A stretch of DNA of 64,000 nt, from NCBI GenBank assembly GCA_964016885.1, contig OZ024742.1, positions 14,508,001 to 14,572,000 of the forward strand. The letters are read 5' to 3'. Positions 15,001-28,434 of this stretch are shown here, in pieces; position 1 is the stretch's first letter, and each line of letters opens with the position of its first letter. Under the pieces are notes generated by a model, which saw only the letters and a list, made by a program, of their open reading frames with translations, searched no databases and was not told the DNA's origin. Both the position numbers and the translations under genes were made by a program. The DNA is from Eledone cirrhosa. Taxonomy: Eukaryota.

Positions 15001-18000
15001 CCCCTAGTCCACTTGACCTGTTTCAGTGATGACAGTCTGAAGTTTGTCCAGTTCTCTAGTCAACTTGACCTGTTGTAGTGGTGACAGTCTGTGAAGTTTG
15101 TTCAGTCCCCTATTCCACTTGACCTGTTTCAGTGATGACAGTCTGAAGTTTGTTCAGTCCCCTAGTCCACTTGACCTGTTTCAGTGGTGACAGTCTGTGA
15201 AGTTTGTCCAGTCCCCTAGTCCTCTTGACCTGTTTCAGTGATGACAGTCCGAAGTTTGTCCAGTTCTCTAGTTCACTTGACCTGTTTCAGTGGTGACAGT
15301 CTGTGAAGTTTGTCCAATCCTCTAGTCCATTTGACCTGTATGAGTGGTGACAGTCTGTGAAGTTTGTCCAGTCCCCTTGTCCACTTGACCTGTTTCAGTT
15401 TTGACAGTCTGAAATTTGTCCAGTTCTCTAGTCCACTTGACCTGTTTCAGTGGTGACAGTCTGTGAAGTTTGTCCAATCCTCTAGTCCACTTGACCTGTT
15501 TCAGTGGTGACAGTCTGTGAAGTTTGTCCAGTTCTCTAGTCCACTTGACCTGTTTCAGTGGTGACAGTCTGTGAAGTTTGTCCAATCTTCTAGTGCACTT
15601 GACCTGTTTCAGTGGTGACAGTCTGTGAAGTTGGTCCAGTTCTCTAGTCAACTTGACCTGTCTCAGTGGTGACAGTCTGTGAAGTTTGTCCAGTTCTCTA
15701 GTTCACTTGACCTGTTTCAGTGGTGACAGTCTGTGAAGTTTGTCCAGTTCTCTAGTCCATTTGACCTGTTTCAGTGGTGATAGTCTGTGAAGTTGGTCCA
15801 GTTCTCAAGTCCACTTGACCTGTTTCAGTGGTGATAGTCTGTGAAGTTTGTCCAGTTCTCTAGTCCACTTGACCTGTCTCAGTGGTGACAGTCTGTGAAG
15901 TTTGTCCAGTTCTCTAGTTCACTTGACCTGTTTCAGTGGTGACAGTCTGTGAAGTTTGTCCAGTTCTCTAGTCCACTTGACCTGTTTCAGTGGTGATAGT
16001 CTGTGAAGTTTGTCCAGTTCTCTAGTCCACTTGACCTGTTTCAGTGGTGATAGTCTGTGAAGTTTGTCCAGTTCTCTAGTCCACTTGACCTGTTTCAGTG
16101 GTGACAGTCTGTAAAGTTTGTCTAATCCTCTAGTCCACTTGACCTGTTTCAGTGGTGACAGTCTGTGAAGTTTGTCCAGTTCTCTAGTCCACTTGACCTG
16201 TCTCAGTGGTGACAGTCTGTGAAGTTTGTCCAGTTCTCTAGTCCACTTGACCTGTCTCAGTGGTGACAGTCTGTGAAGTTTGTCCAGTTCTCTAGTCCAC
16301 TTGACCTGTTTCAGTGGTGACAGTCTGTGAAGTTTGTCCAGTCCCCTAGTCCACTTGACCTGTTTCAGTGGTGACAGTCTGTGAAGTTTGTCCAATCCTC
16401 TCGTCCACTTGACCTGTTTCAGTGGTGACAGTCTGTGAAGTTTGTCCAGTTCTCTAGTCCACTTGACCTGTTTCAGTGGTGAGTGTGAAGTTTGTTCAGT
16501 CCTCTAGTCCACTTGACCTGTTTCAGTGGTGACAGTCTGTGAAGTTTGTCCAGTTCTCTAGTCCACTTGACCTGTTTCAGTGGTGACAGTCTGTGAAGTT
16601 TGTCCAATCCTCTAGACCACTTGACCTGTTTCAGTGGTGACAGTCTGTGAAGTTTATCCAGTTCTCTAGTCCACTTGACCTGTTTCAGTGGTGACAGTCT
16701 GTGAAGTTTGTCCAATCCTCTAGTGCACTTGACCTGTTTCAGTGGTGACAGTCTGTGAAGTTGGTCCAGTTCTCTAGTCCACTTGACCTGTTTCAGTGGT
16801 GACAGTCTGAAGTTTGTCCAATCTTCTAGTCCACTTGACCTGTTCCAGTGGTGACAGTCTGTGAAGTTTGTCCAGTTCTCTAGTCCACTTGACCTGTTTC
16901 AGTGGTGACAGTCTGTGAAGTTTGTCCAATCCTCTAGTCCACTTGACCTGTTTCAGTGGTGACAGTCTGTGAAGTTGGTCCAGTTCTCAAGTCCACTTGA
17001 CCTGTTTCAGTGGTGACAGTCTGTGAAGTTTGTCCAGTTCTCTAGTCCACTTGACCTGTCTCAGTGGTGACAGTCTGTGAAGTTGGTCCAGTTCTCTAGT
17101 CCACTTGACCTGTCTCAGTGGTGACAGTCTGTGAAGTTTGTCCAGTTCTCTAGTCCACTTGACCTGTTTCAGTGGTGACAGTCTGTGAAGTTTGTCCAGT
17201 CCCCTAGTCCACTTGACCTGTTTCAGTGGTGACAGTCTGTGAAGTTTGTCCAATCCTCTAGTCCACTTGACCTGTTTCAGTGGTGACAGTCTGTGAAGTT
17301 GGTCAAATCCTCTAGTCCACTTGACCTGTTTCAGTGGTGACAGTCTGTGAAGTTTGTCCAGTCCTCTAGTTCACTTGACCTGTTTCAGTGGTGACAGTCT
17401 GTAAAGTTTGTCCAGTCCTCTAGTCCACTTGACCTGTTTCAGTGGTGACAGTCTGTGAAGTTTGTCCAGTCCTCTAGTTGACTTGACCTGTTTCAGTGGT
17501 GACAGTCTGTGAAGTTTGTCCAGTCCTCTAGTTGACTTGACCTGTCTCAGTGGTGACAGTCTGTGAAGTTTGTCCAATCCTCTAGTCCACTTGACCTGTT
17601 TCAGTGGTGACAGTCTGTGAAGGTTGTCCAGTTCTCTAGTTCCTTTGACCTGTTTCAGTGGTGACAGTCTGAAGTTTGTCCAGTCCCCTAGTCCACTTGA
17701 CCTGTTTCAGTGGTGACAGTCTGTGAAGTTTGTTCAGTCCCCTAGTCCACTTGACCTGTTTCAGTGATGACAGTCTGAAGCTTGTTCAGTCCCCTAGTCC
17801 ACTTGACATGTTTCAGTGGTGACAGTCTGTTAAGTTTGTCCAGTCCCCTAGTCCACTTGACCTGTTTCAGTGATGACAGTCTGAAGTTTGTCCAGTTCTC
17901 TAGTCAACTTGACCTGTTGTAGTGGTGACAGTCTGTGAAGTTTGTTCAGTCCCCTATTCCACTTGACCTGTTTCAGTGATGACAGTCTGAAGTTTGTTCA

Positions 18001-21000
18001 GTCCCCTAGTCCACTTGACCTGTTTCAGTGGTGACAGTCTGTGAAGTTTGTCCAGTCCCCTAGTCCTCTTGACCTGTTTCAGTGATGACAGTCCGAAGTT
18101 TGTCCAGTTCTCTAGTTCACTTGACCTGTTTCAGTGGTGACAGTCTGTGAAGTTTGTCCAATCCTCTAGTCCATTTGACCTGTATGAGTGGTGACAGTCT
18201 GTGAAGTTTGTCCAGTCCCCTTGTCCACTTGACCTGTTTCAGTTTTGACAGTCTGAAATTTGTCCAGTTCTCTAGTCCACTTGACCTGTTTCAGTGGTGA
18301 CAGTCTGTGAAGTTTGTCCAATCCTCTAGTCCACTTGACCTGTTTCAGTGGTGACAGTCTGTGAAGTTTGTCCAGTTCTCTAGTCCACTTGACCTGTTTC
18401 AGTGGTGACAGTCTGTGAAGTTTGTCCAATCTTCTAGTGCACTTGACCTGTTTCAGTGGTGACAGTCTGTGAAGTTGGTCCAGTTCTCTAGTCAACTTGA
18501 CCTGTCTCAGTGGTGACAGTCTGTGAAGTTTGTCCAGTTCTCTAGTTCACTTGACCTGTTTCAGTGGTGACAGTCTGTGAAGTTTGTCCAGTTCTCTAGT
18601 CCATTTGACCTGTTTCAGTGGTGATAGTCTGTGAAGTTGGTCCAGTTCTCAAGTCCACTTGACCTGTTTCAGTGGTGATAGTCTGTGAAGTTTGTCCAGT
18701 TCTCTAGTCCACTTGACCTGTCTCAGTGGTGACAGTCTGTGAAGTTTGTCCAGTTCTCTAGTTCACTTGACCTGTTTCAGTGGTGACAGTCTGTGAAGTT
18801 TGTCCAGTTCTCTAGTCCACTTGACCTGTTTCAGTGGTGATAGTCTGTGAAGTTTGTCCAGTTCTCTAGTCCACTTGACCTGTTTCAGTGGTGATAGTCT
18901 GTGAAGTTTGTCCAGTTCTCTAGTCCACTTGACCTGTTTCAGTGGTGACAGTCTGTAAAGTTTGTCTAATCCTCTAGTCCACTTGACCTGTTTCAGTGGT
19001 GACAGTCTGTGAAGTTTGTCCAGTTCTCTAGTCCACTTGACCTGTCTCAGTGGTGACAGTCTGTGAAGTTTGTCCAGTTCTCTAGTCCACTTGACCTGTC
19101 TCAGTGGTGACAGTCTGTGAAGTTTGTCCAGTTCTCTAGTCCACTTGACCTGTTTCAGTGGTGACAGTCTGTGAAGTTTGTCCAGTCCCCTAGTCCACTT
19201 GACCTGTTTCAGTGGTGACAGTCTGTGAAGTTTGTCCAATCCTCTCGTCCACTTGACCTGTTTCAGTGGTGACAGTCTGTGAAGTTTGTCCAGTTCTCTA
19301 GTCCACTTGACCTGTTTCAGTGGTGAGTGTGAAGTTTGTTCAGTCCTCTAGTCCACTTGACCTGTTTCAGTGGTGACAGTCTGTGAAGTTTGTCCAGTTC
19401 TCTAGTCCACTTGACCTGTTTCAGTGGTGACAGTCTGTGAAGTTTGTCCAATCCTCTAGACCACTTGACCTGTTTCAGTGGTGACAGTCTGTGAAGTTTA
19501 TCCAGTTCTCTAGTCCACTTGACCTGTTTCAGTGGTGACAGTCTGTGAAGTTTGTCCAATCCTCTAGTGCACTTGACCTGTTTCAGTGGTGACAGTCTGT
19601 GAAGTTGGTCCAGTTCTCTAGTCCACTTGACCTGTTTCAGTGGTGACAGTCTGAAGTTTGTCCAATCTTCTAGTCCACTTGACCTGTTCCAGTGGTGACA
19701 GTCTGTGAAGTTTGTCCAGTTCTCTAGTCCACTTGACCTGTTTCAGTGGTGACAGTCTGTGAAGTTTGTCCAATCCTCTAGTCCACTTGACCTGTTTCAG
19801 TGGTGACAGTCTGTGAAGTTGGTCCAGTTCTCAAGTCCACTTGACCTGTTTCAGTGGTGACAGTCTGTGAAGTTTGTCCAGTTCTCTAGTCCACTTGACC
19901 TGTCTCAGTGGTGACAGTCTGTGAAGTTGGTCCAGTTCTCTAGTCCACTTGACCTGTCTCAGTGGTGACAGTCTGTGAAGTTTGTCCAGTTCTCTAGTCC
20001 ACTTGACCTGTTTCAGTGGTGACAGTCTGTGAAGTTTGTCCAGTCCCCTAGTCCACTTGACCTGTTTCAGTGGTGACAGTCTGTGAAGTTTGTCCAATCC
20101 TCTAGTCCACTTGACCTGTTTCAGTGGTGACAGTCTGTGAAGTTGGTCAAATCCTCTAGTCCACTTGACCTGTTTCAGTGGTGACAGTCTGTGAAGTTTG
20201 TTCAGTCCCCTAGTCCACTTGACCTGTTTCAGTGGTGACAGTCTGTGAAGTTTGTCCAGTTCTCTAGTCCACTTGACCTGTTTCAGTGGTGACAGTCTGT
20301 TAAGTTTGTTCAGTCCCCTAGTCCACTTGACCTGTTTCAGTGGTGACAGTCTGTGAAGTTTGTCCAGTCCTCTAGTTCATTTGACCTGTTTCAGTGGTGA
20401 CAGTCTGTGAAGTTTGTCCAGTTCTCTAGTCTACTTGACCTGTTTCAGTGGTGACAGTCTGTGAAGTTTGTCCAGTCCTCTAGTTCATTTGACCTGTTTC
20501 AGTGGTGACAGTCTGAAGTTTATCCAGTTCTCTAGTCCACTTGACCTGTTTCAGTGGTGACAGTCTGTGAAGTTTGTCCAGTCCTCTAGTTCACTTGACC
20601 TGTTTCAGTGGTGACAGTCTGAAGTTTGTCCAATCCTCTAGTCCACTTGACCTGTTTCAGTGGTGACAGTCTGTGAAGTTTGTCCAGTTCTCTAGTTCAC
20701 TTAACCTGTTTCAGTGGTGACAGTCTGAAGTTTGTCCAGTTCTCTAGTTCACTTGACCTGTTTCAATGGTGACAGTCTGTGAAGTTGGTCCAGTTCTCTA
20801 GTTCACTTGACCTGTTTCAGTGGTGACAGTCTGAAGTTTGTCCAGTTCTCTAGTCCACTTGACCTGTTTCAGTGGTGACAGTCTGAAGTTTGTCCAATCC
20901 TCTAGTTCACTTGACCTGTTTCAGTGGTGACAGTCTGTGAAGTTGGTCCAGTTCTCTAGTCCACTTGACCTGTTTCAGTGGTGACAGTCTGTGAAATTTG

Positions 21001-21205
21001 TCCAGTCTCCTAGTCCACTTGACCTGTTTCAGTGGTGACAGTCTGAAGTTTGTCCAGTCTCCTAGTCCACTTGGCCTGTGAAGTTGGTCCTGTCCTCTAC
21101 TCCACTTGACATATCTCAGTGGTGACAGTCTGTGAAGTTGATCCTGTCCTCTAGTCCACTTGACATATTTCAGTGGTGACTTGGTCCATGAAGTTGGTTC
21201 AATCC
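1..21205. repeat. 54-bp satellite array (~390 copies; 52-bp and shorter deletion variants), runs off the left edge; probably intronic in the ANKRD10-like gene
   Basis: Unit CACTTGACCTGTTTCAGTGGTGACAGTCTGTGAAGTTTGTCCAGT(C/T)C(T/C)CTAGT(C/T) is repeated continuously and degenerates at ~21060-21205. The 18-aa periodic ORFs reflect 54/3. Confidence 0.97.
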
Positions 21206-21411
21206 TCGATAACAGAGAAAATGGACACTAAATGATGAGAGAGAGAGAGTCTGCAGTGCTGAGACCACTAATCATGGGAGTACTCAATGTATAGTCAGAT
21301 GTAGACTGGGTATTGAGATATGTAAAATCGCGACTGCAGCTCCAAGCAGTTTTGGTTTGTGTCTTCAAGCCTTTTCAAAGGATTTATCTCGCGCTCTCTC
21401 TCTCTATATAT

Positions 21412-22497
21412 ATCATCATCATCATCAACGTTTAACGTCCGTGTTCCACGCCTGCATGGGTTTGGACGGGGGTAGTCCCACTTGAGGCAAGAGTGATTGT
21501 CTTGCTCGCATAGGACTGTCTGGCAGGTTTTCTACAGTTGGATGCCCTTCCTAACACCAACCACATTTACAGTGTGGGTCTGGGAGGTTTTTACCGTGTT
21601 GCCTACACGGCCACATTACAGCGTGGACTGTGTGTTTTTTTGTCGTGACACCTACACGATCTCATTTGTTTCGGCCTCGATGGCGCGGCGCCAACATAAC
21701 TTTACATAGAACGGGGTGGTGTGGATGGGGTGGGGGTGGTGGTGGTGGGACGGGGTGTATTTTGTTAGAGATGCCTACTGGCTGGAGTAGGTTTTACTAT
21801 ATATTTAGGTAAGGCGGGTCTTCTCTGTTACTGAGTACCGCCAAAGGTCTCGGTCCAGTGACATTGTCTTGGAGAGGTGTAAGTGTGTGATGTCGGAGTT
21901 TATCAGCTCGTCCCAGGTTTTTCTAGGTCTGCCTATTCCGTGACTACCGTCTATCTTTATTGCCCTGCACTTTGTTATACAGCTATCGACTTTCATGCGC
22001 ATCACGTGTCCATACCAACGTAGCCTTCTCTCGAGTAAACAACATCTGATCCCTCTTATCTCTAATTTTTTCCTTAGTTCGTTTATGCTTTGCCGTTCAC
22101 GTATATTACTGTTACACATCCAGCGGAGCATGCAAGCTTCGTTCCTCTCTAGTCTGCGTATATCCTCTGCACACAATGCCCAGGTCTCACTGCCATGCAG
22201 CATTGCTGTTCGTATGCAGGCATCGTACAACCTGCCTTTCATTTTTAGGGAGAACCCTTTAGCAGCTAATAGTGGTATAAGCTCTCTGAACTTTTTCCAA
22301 CCAGTTCTGACTCTAGCTACTGTACTTTCAGAGCACCCTCTCCCACTGCTGATTTTATCGCCCAGGTAACGGAAGCTGTCCACTATTTCTATAGAACCCT
22401 CTGTGCAATTGAAAGAGCTAGTATTTTGTGGGCACTTGCTGCTACTTATTGCACCAGAACACCGGCCACATGAAAATCTATGTTCTTAGTTAGCTTA
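21412..22497 (-). mobile_element. 5'-truncated RTE-clade LINE (ORF C-terminus, 3' UTR, (GAT)n tail)
   Basis: ORF 21805-22383 has VDSFRYLG...MLHGSETW...RRLRWYGHVMR...GRPRKTW, typical of an RTE ORF end. CAT repeats at 21412. Near-identical to the 51994-53701 copy. Confidence 0.9.
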
Positions 22498-23890
22498 TGA
22501 AAAGAGTCAGAACCCCAGCGGCTGAGCTCCGGCTGTTTCGACAGCTAGATCTGTTTCAATTGACCTGGTCTATGTAATAGCTAGTCAATACATTATCACA
22601 CCTGTTTATAACTAGTTAATACTACATTATTACAACTACTGGTGACATACATATGCTGTACCATATGTATACAAGAAACAAAGCACTTTCATCATTATCA
22701 CTGATTTTACATTCATTTTTCCATACTTGCATGGGTTGGATGTGTCCTTTTCAGAACAGCATCTCTCCATACACTGTGTTCCTTCGTCATCTCCTCTATG
22801 AGTCTCAGAGATTTGAGATCATCTGTCATCATCTCGGCCCAAGTGTACCTCTACTGCAGCTTCCTTCCACTTCTTCACCCAGTAATTATCATCCATGAGC
22901 ATCATGTCCATACTAATGCAATCCGTAGTCATCTCTCTTGCACTTTATCCAAGAATAATGGTTTCTAATTTAAACAGAAGGACAGTAAATTTGAGGATAG
23001 ACTCCAAAATGGTTGGATAACATCCATATCCACAGCTAGATTAAATTAACAAAATGTGTTTTACTTGATCTGGAGACCTTCCATCAAGTAATATATTTAT
23101 TACCTGTCACGTTTGCCGATTTTCTCCTACCTTAACCCTTTAATTACTAACCCAGCCAAAACCAACCATGGTTGTATGAGATAAAACTTCCCATTTTAAA
23201 GGTTTCGAATCTAAATTAAACTCTTTCAACATAATTTTATATAAGAAACTTACATTAATTTACTATCTTAGTAATGAAATAATTAATAATTTTAGTAAAC
23301 CCCTCAAAATTCTTTATTATTTAAAATAGAGTGTATTCAATATTTCTTACAATTGAGATCCCCACCCCCAGATAAATGAATATCAAAATAAAATAAAGTT
23401 ATTGAAACAAAAATAGAAAATGAATTGACAAGGGACAATGAAAGTATTTTTCTATATTGCGTATTTTGTCATTTTCACTTTCAAAATTAATAGTGCCCAT
23501 TTCCTCCCGTTTTGGGGTTTTATTTGCCGTTAATAGACTATTTTCTGTAGTTAATATACTACGAATGCTACTAATTCAATTTTCAAATTCCTTCTTGTCC
23601 GGAGAAACAAAGGATGTGAGTTCGAACCTCCGCCACACCCCTTGTTTGCAGGTGCAACAAATTACACCAACCTGTGGCCTGTGATAAGGTGTGTATATCT
23701 TCTCACACTTATTAGAAAATATAAATTGTGCTTAAACATTATTCAGACACCACTACCCTATAACCTCCACACACAAAACATTTCTATTTGTTCATCATAT
23801 TTAATTATATAATTAAAGTGAAAGTGTTTCATAAATTTTCAATCCTAATCAAATGTATATTACTAAATATACATTACAAAACACTACATT

Positions 23891-24051
<161 letters not shown>

Positions 24052-24549
24052 AAGACAATATCAATCACATTATATCAATAACTTAAGGAGATCAATACCT
24101 CGTATTAGTTCATGAATTCCATTTTTATATGAAACATCATGATAAAAATATATTCTTTCGTTTTCAATTTATATTTCAATGTAGAATATATATTTAATTA
24201 AGTATTGCGTGTACACGCACACATATATATATATATTAAAATAACAGATTAAAGTTTAAGCAATGAATCGCTGCTTTCACCCTTAACGGGATCTTCAGAA
24301 GCTTAAACTTTAATGTTATTTTAATAAATTTTTGCTCTACGGTTCTTATATATTTGATATATATTTATCCTTATCGAGCCCTCTTTGGATTTTAGTCTTC
24401 ACATTTATTATTATTATTACTATATTACAATCCCGCCGAGGTTGACTTTGCCTTTCATCCTTACGGGGTCGATAAAATAAAGTACCAGTGAGGCACTGGG
24501 TAGTTGCTGGCCTTGTGCCTAAAGTAGAAACAATTATTACTATATAGGA

Positions 24550-24745
24550 TGGTGGTGGATTGGCAGTATCGGTAGAGGGTCGGACGCCATGCTTTCCAGC
24601 ATAGTTACGTCCCTTTACGATCTGTGTTCAAATCCCGCCGAGGTTGACTTTGCCTTTCATCCTTACGGGGTCGATAAAATAAAGTACCAGTAATGCACTG
24701 GGTAATTGCTGGCCTTGTGCCTAAAGTAGAAACAATTATTACTAT
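24550..24745 (+). mobile_element. tRNA-derived SINE with Meta-like core; partial tandem copy at 24430-24545
   Basis: A-box-like TGGCAGTATCGG, B-box GTTCAAATCC, core GCCTTTCATCCTTACGGGGTCGATAAAATAAAGTACCAG. Related copies at ~25510-25740 (-), 29860-30030, 35551-35745 and 57638-57988. Confidence 0.75.
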
Positions 24746-26366
24746 ATACTGTCTCTGTGTATATTTTCATTCTGTAAGAATTATAAATTTGTAATGTTAT
24801 TTATATCAGCTAAATATCTACAGGAATCTATGTCAGAGAGAGTTAACCAGTTAAATAAATTAATTTTCACACTGTTACAAAAAAATATAAGATAAACACA
24901 ACATATACTTTAATCTATTAATTAATAATTTCATCAAGGTAAATTACAAAAGAGACACTATATATATATATAATGAGAAGATGGCCAAAATATTTTCATT
25001 TTCACCTTTGACTTATCAATAACGAAAGAATACCACGTGTTTCTGTATCAATATTTATATTGATAAATTAACAGATTACCAACATGAAATAATTATTCAA
25101 TAAAATTAAGGAAAAAAACAAATCGAGGGTCATCTCACTCCGTTGGAGGAACCCCTACCTGGTTGACCTCCACCACTTTCTGTTTGGTTTTAGTCCTGTC
25201 TTCAGGAGTGTGGGCCTTACTTCACACTTCACCGACTGTGGCTTGGTGAGGCTATTTAACCTATAGTTAGGTATATGGCCGTTGACTGTTGTGCTGCTGG
25301 GGTTTCACATACCCTCCTCGCCAGATCATGGTCTGGTGGGGGAGCCGGTTTAGTCGCTGACCACTCAACCATGAAGCCGAATAAGGGTATTAATATTCAT
25401 ATAATTATTCGAGTGAAACTAATGAAAAGGGGAACATTTTATACGCTTGCTGTATCTTTACCATGCTGTATTAACCATGACAACGATATAACCCCTATAA
25501 TAATAATTGTTTCTACTTTTGGCACAAGGCCAGCAATTATCCCAGTGTATTACTGGTACTTTATTTTATCGACCCCATAAGGATGAAAGGCAAAGTTAAC
25601 CTCGGTGGGATTTGTACTCAGACCATAATAACCCCTATAATAATAATAATTTCTGGTTTAAGCACAAGACCAACCATTTTTGGGGAGGGGAAAGTGAATT
25701 AAATCGACCCAGTGCATTACTGGTACTTTATTTTATCGACCACGTAAATAACATATTTGAGGCCCTTAAAAAAACTCAATAGCGTTGGTTTTATGTAGCA
25801 GCGTCTAGGTGGACGATGGAGCTGCTAGAAATAGAAGCTAAATATCCATTAAATAATACACTCAGTATTACAAATGTGAAAGAGGACAATTTGATATATC
25901 ATATAAGTCTCAAGATTTACTACAAAAAACAGCAGGATATCCATTGTGGTATTGTGTTTGTCCAGCGGAAGGGTCTGTTAGAAGAGAGGGTTGCTTCACC
26001 TAGGGCTAAACAGTAACACCATGAGAAGGAGATAGGGAAGTGAGAGGGATATGTATGTATATATATATTTATATATATATATGCTGTTGAAGTGTGTATA
26101 CATTTTTTTTTGGGGGGGGGGGGGCATCCTGTATATAACTAAATTTGTATGTGGAAAATGATATGATAGTATATAACTGCTGTGTGTTAACATATTAGAA
26201 AAACAGACTTAAACAATGACCATATATAAGTAAAAATATTTGTGCGGCACTACCATGCTATTAGCTGTCAGAAGTGAAAGTTTCGTCAACCTTCTCAATC
26301 GTAAACATCGTTTATTTCCATATTACCACGCGTTATTTTAATAAAGCATATCGATATATATATATA

Positions 26367-26443
26367 TACCGATGTCCCCCAAAAATGTATACACATATCA
26401 GAATGTTGTTGAAGTGTGTATACATTTTTTGGGACACCCTGTA
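26367..26443. mobile_element. short Tc1/mariner-type MITE; one further arm at ~26085-26135
   Basis: Imperfect terminal inverted repeats of the form TA-CAGGGTGTCCCAAAAAATGTATACAC, flanked by TA runs. Confidence 0.6.
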
Positions 26444-26568
26444 TACACACACATATATGTTTATGTATATATATGAGAGAAAGTAGTAATGATGATGATA
26501 GTGAAGGGAAAGTAAGACAGAGAAAGAGGGGGGGGAGGGGTATATAATAATATAATAACCAATAATAC

Positions 26569-26805
26569 CTTGCCAAAATATGCGGCCCAGTGAGCCGGTG
26601 TCCATCCATAGAAACAATCCTCTTTCAACATAATGGAGTTAGAGAGAGCCATGTTTGTATCTGATGTCCTTGTCGCCGAATATTCATCTAAAAGTCGTCT
26701 AAGACGATCAACATCACCTTCTCTACAGGCATAATGTAATGGATAATCGTTCTTTAACTTATCTTCTTTCTCACTAGTCCAATCGTTATTGTTCACATGT
26801 TCCAT
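26569..26805 (-). CDS. ANKRD10: first coding exon of an ankyrin repeat domain protein 10-like gene (79 codons)
   Basis: YPLHYACREGD...EDCFYGWTPAHWAAYFGK matches the recalled ANKRD10 N-terminus (FPLHRACRDGD...EDSFYGWTPVHWAAHFGK). It is followed by a phase-0 GT donor (AAG|GTATTA). No further exons were found in the window. Confidence 0.82.
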
Positions 26806-28434
26806 CGCCTTCTACCTTTTGGAGGGCTCTTGTCCTGGTCCTTTTTCTAAAAACAATTCCCTGTTGGTATTTTTTGCTTTTAAGCTTCTTCAACTTCAAA
26901 GTAAAATAATCAATTAAATGTATTTTGTTGACTTTTAAATAACTTTAACCCGCTTTCAGTCGTAAAACTGAAGACAAAGACCGGCCTAGGGAAACTTGTA
27001 AATTTAACCAGCTAAAAAAGGGGTCTGTTCTTCTGAGCCCCTAATTTTCCTAATTGTTAATCAATAGGTTTTAATACTCCGTTCTGAGAGTTTGTATTTT
27101 GTTGGTATATCCTCTGTTGTTTCTTATAAAACAGACAGATATCAAGCACGTGTCAATGTTATATACATATATTATGGTAGTAAATATAACGTAGGTTGTT
27201 TATCAACGAATATTATGATAGACTTAATTTAGAAAAAAAAAAAATAGGGAAGGGAAAAACCAGGAAAATGTTGACAAACACTCGAGAGAGATAAAAAAAT
27301 AGTTTAAGAATGTACTTAAAAGATAAAGTGAAAGTATCGGCTGACTGAAGAGGAGCGATAAAGACAAACTACTGAAATAGTTGTTCTGGTGTTAATAACG
27401 TAATATCGTTTCAAGTCTCATCACCTATATCCCGTTATTACGAGAACAACTATTATGTTTCATAATACAATCATTATTATCTTTTTTATTTTTTTTACAT
27501 TTTTTTTTATTTAATTTAAATTCAAATTATTATATTTTACTGTTAATATTAATTTTTTTATTTGATATCTTAGAATTATATTTTATGCTATATATTTTCA
27601 AATTTTATATAAATTTCAGTGCTGTCATTGTATTAAAGGGGAGGGGGGGGGGGACTAAATGAGCAAATGGCTTCTTAAAATTTTCTTTAATACTTTCAGT
27701 TTTAGAAAAATAATTTCAATAATTATTTTGTGAAATGATGGGTTAATGTTATTTAGCTTCATGTAGTCCCAAACCAATGATTTTTTAAAAGACATTTAAC
27801 GGAAATTTGGCTGTTATTTCTAGCAGGTTGATGTGATGTTTAGTCAAAAGGTCAGCTCTGATAGAGATGTAGCCCCGTTCCAAATACCATAATCATCTAA
27901 TGTGGCCTCTTTTATTTAAAACGATACGGTTAAGATGTGATGTGGGAGATATTTGGCTGTTATTTCTAGCAATTTGAGCGATCGCGTTGAAGATCTCCGC
28001 CATTTATCTATCCTTGACTGAAGAGAAATATCTTGTAGAATTTATAGATAAGTATGGAATAACGGCATAGTTATTCCATAGCACCCCCAGCCAAAGTTTC
28101 TTATCAATTAAAATTACGTAAATGATGAGACAATTATACATAATGATAACTATTATCAATACTGACAAGGGAGATGACTCCGAAATCGGTATTAATTAAC
28201 CCTTTGATATTAAATCGCTTGAGATACACCCTGGTTTTATGGTGTAAATCTGTTTATTTTGAAGTGTTTATATTTATGTAAAAACCTTTCATCATAATTT
28301 TATGTAAGAACCTTTTTTAAGTTTTTTCTAAAACACTAACTTGATAACGAAAAAGTTAGAGAAAAGCAATGAAGAATGACATGATGCTGAATGAAAACAA
28401 AAGCAATATATACAAACACACACACCGACCACAA

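Noticed and set aside
160-20097. Many ORFs with the repeat DKLHRLSPLKQVKWTRGL
   Set aside because: A by-product of a 54-bp (3n) unit; frequently broken by TGA variants and 2-bp deletions, and they start at non-ATG codons.
21995-22369. Antisense ORFs over LINE fragments (also 48959-49423, 52450-53391, 28520-29044)
   Set aside because: Shadow frames of retrotransposon ORFs with no independent coding signal.
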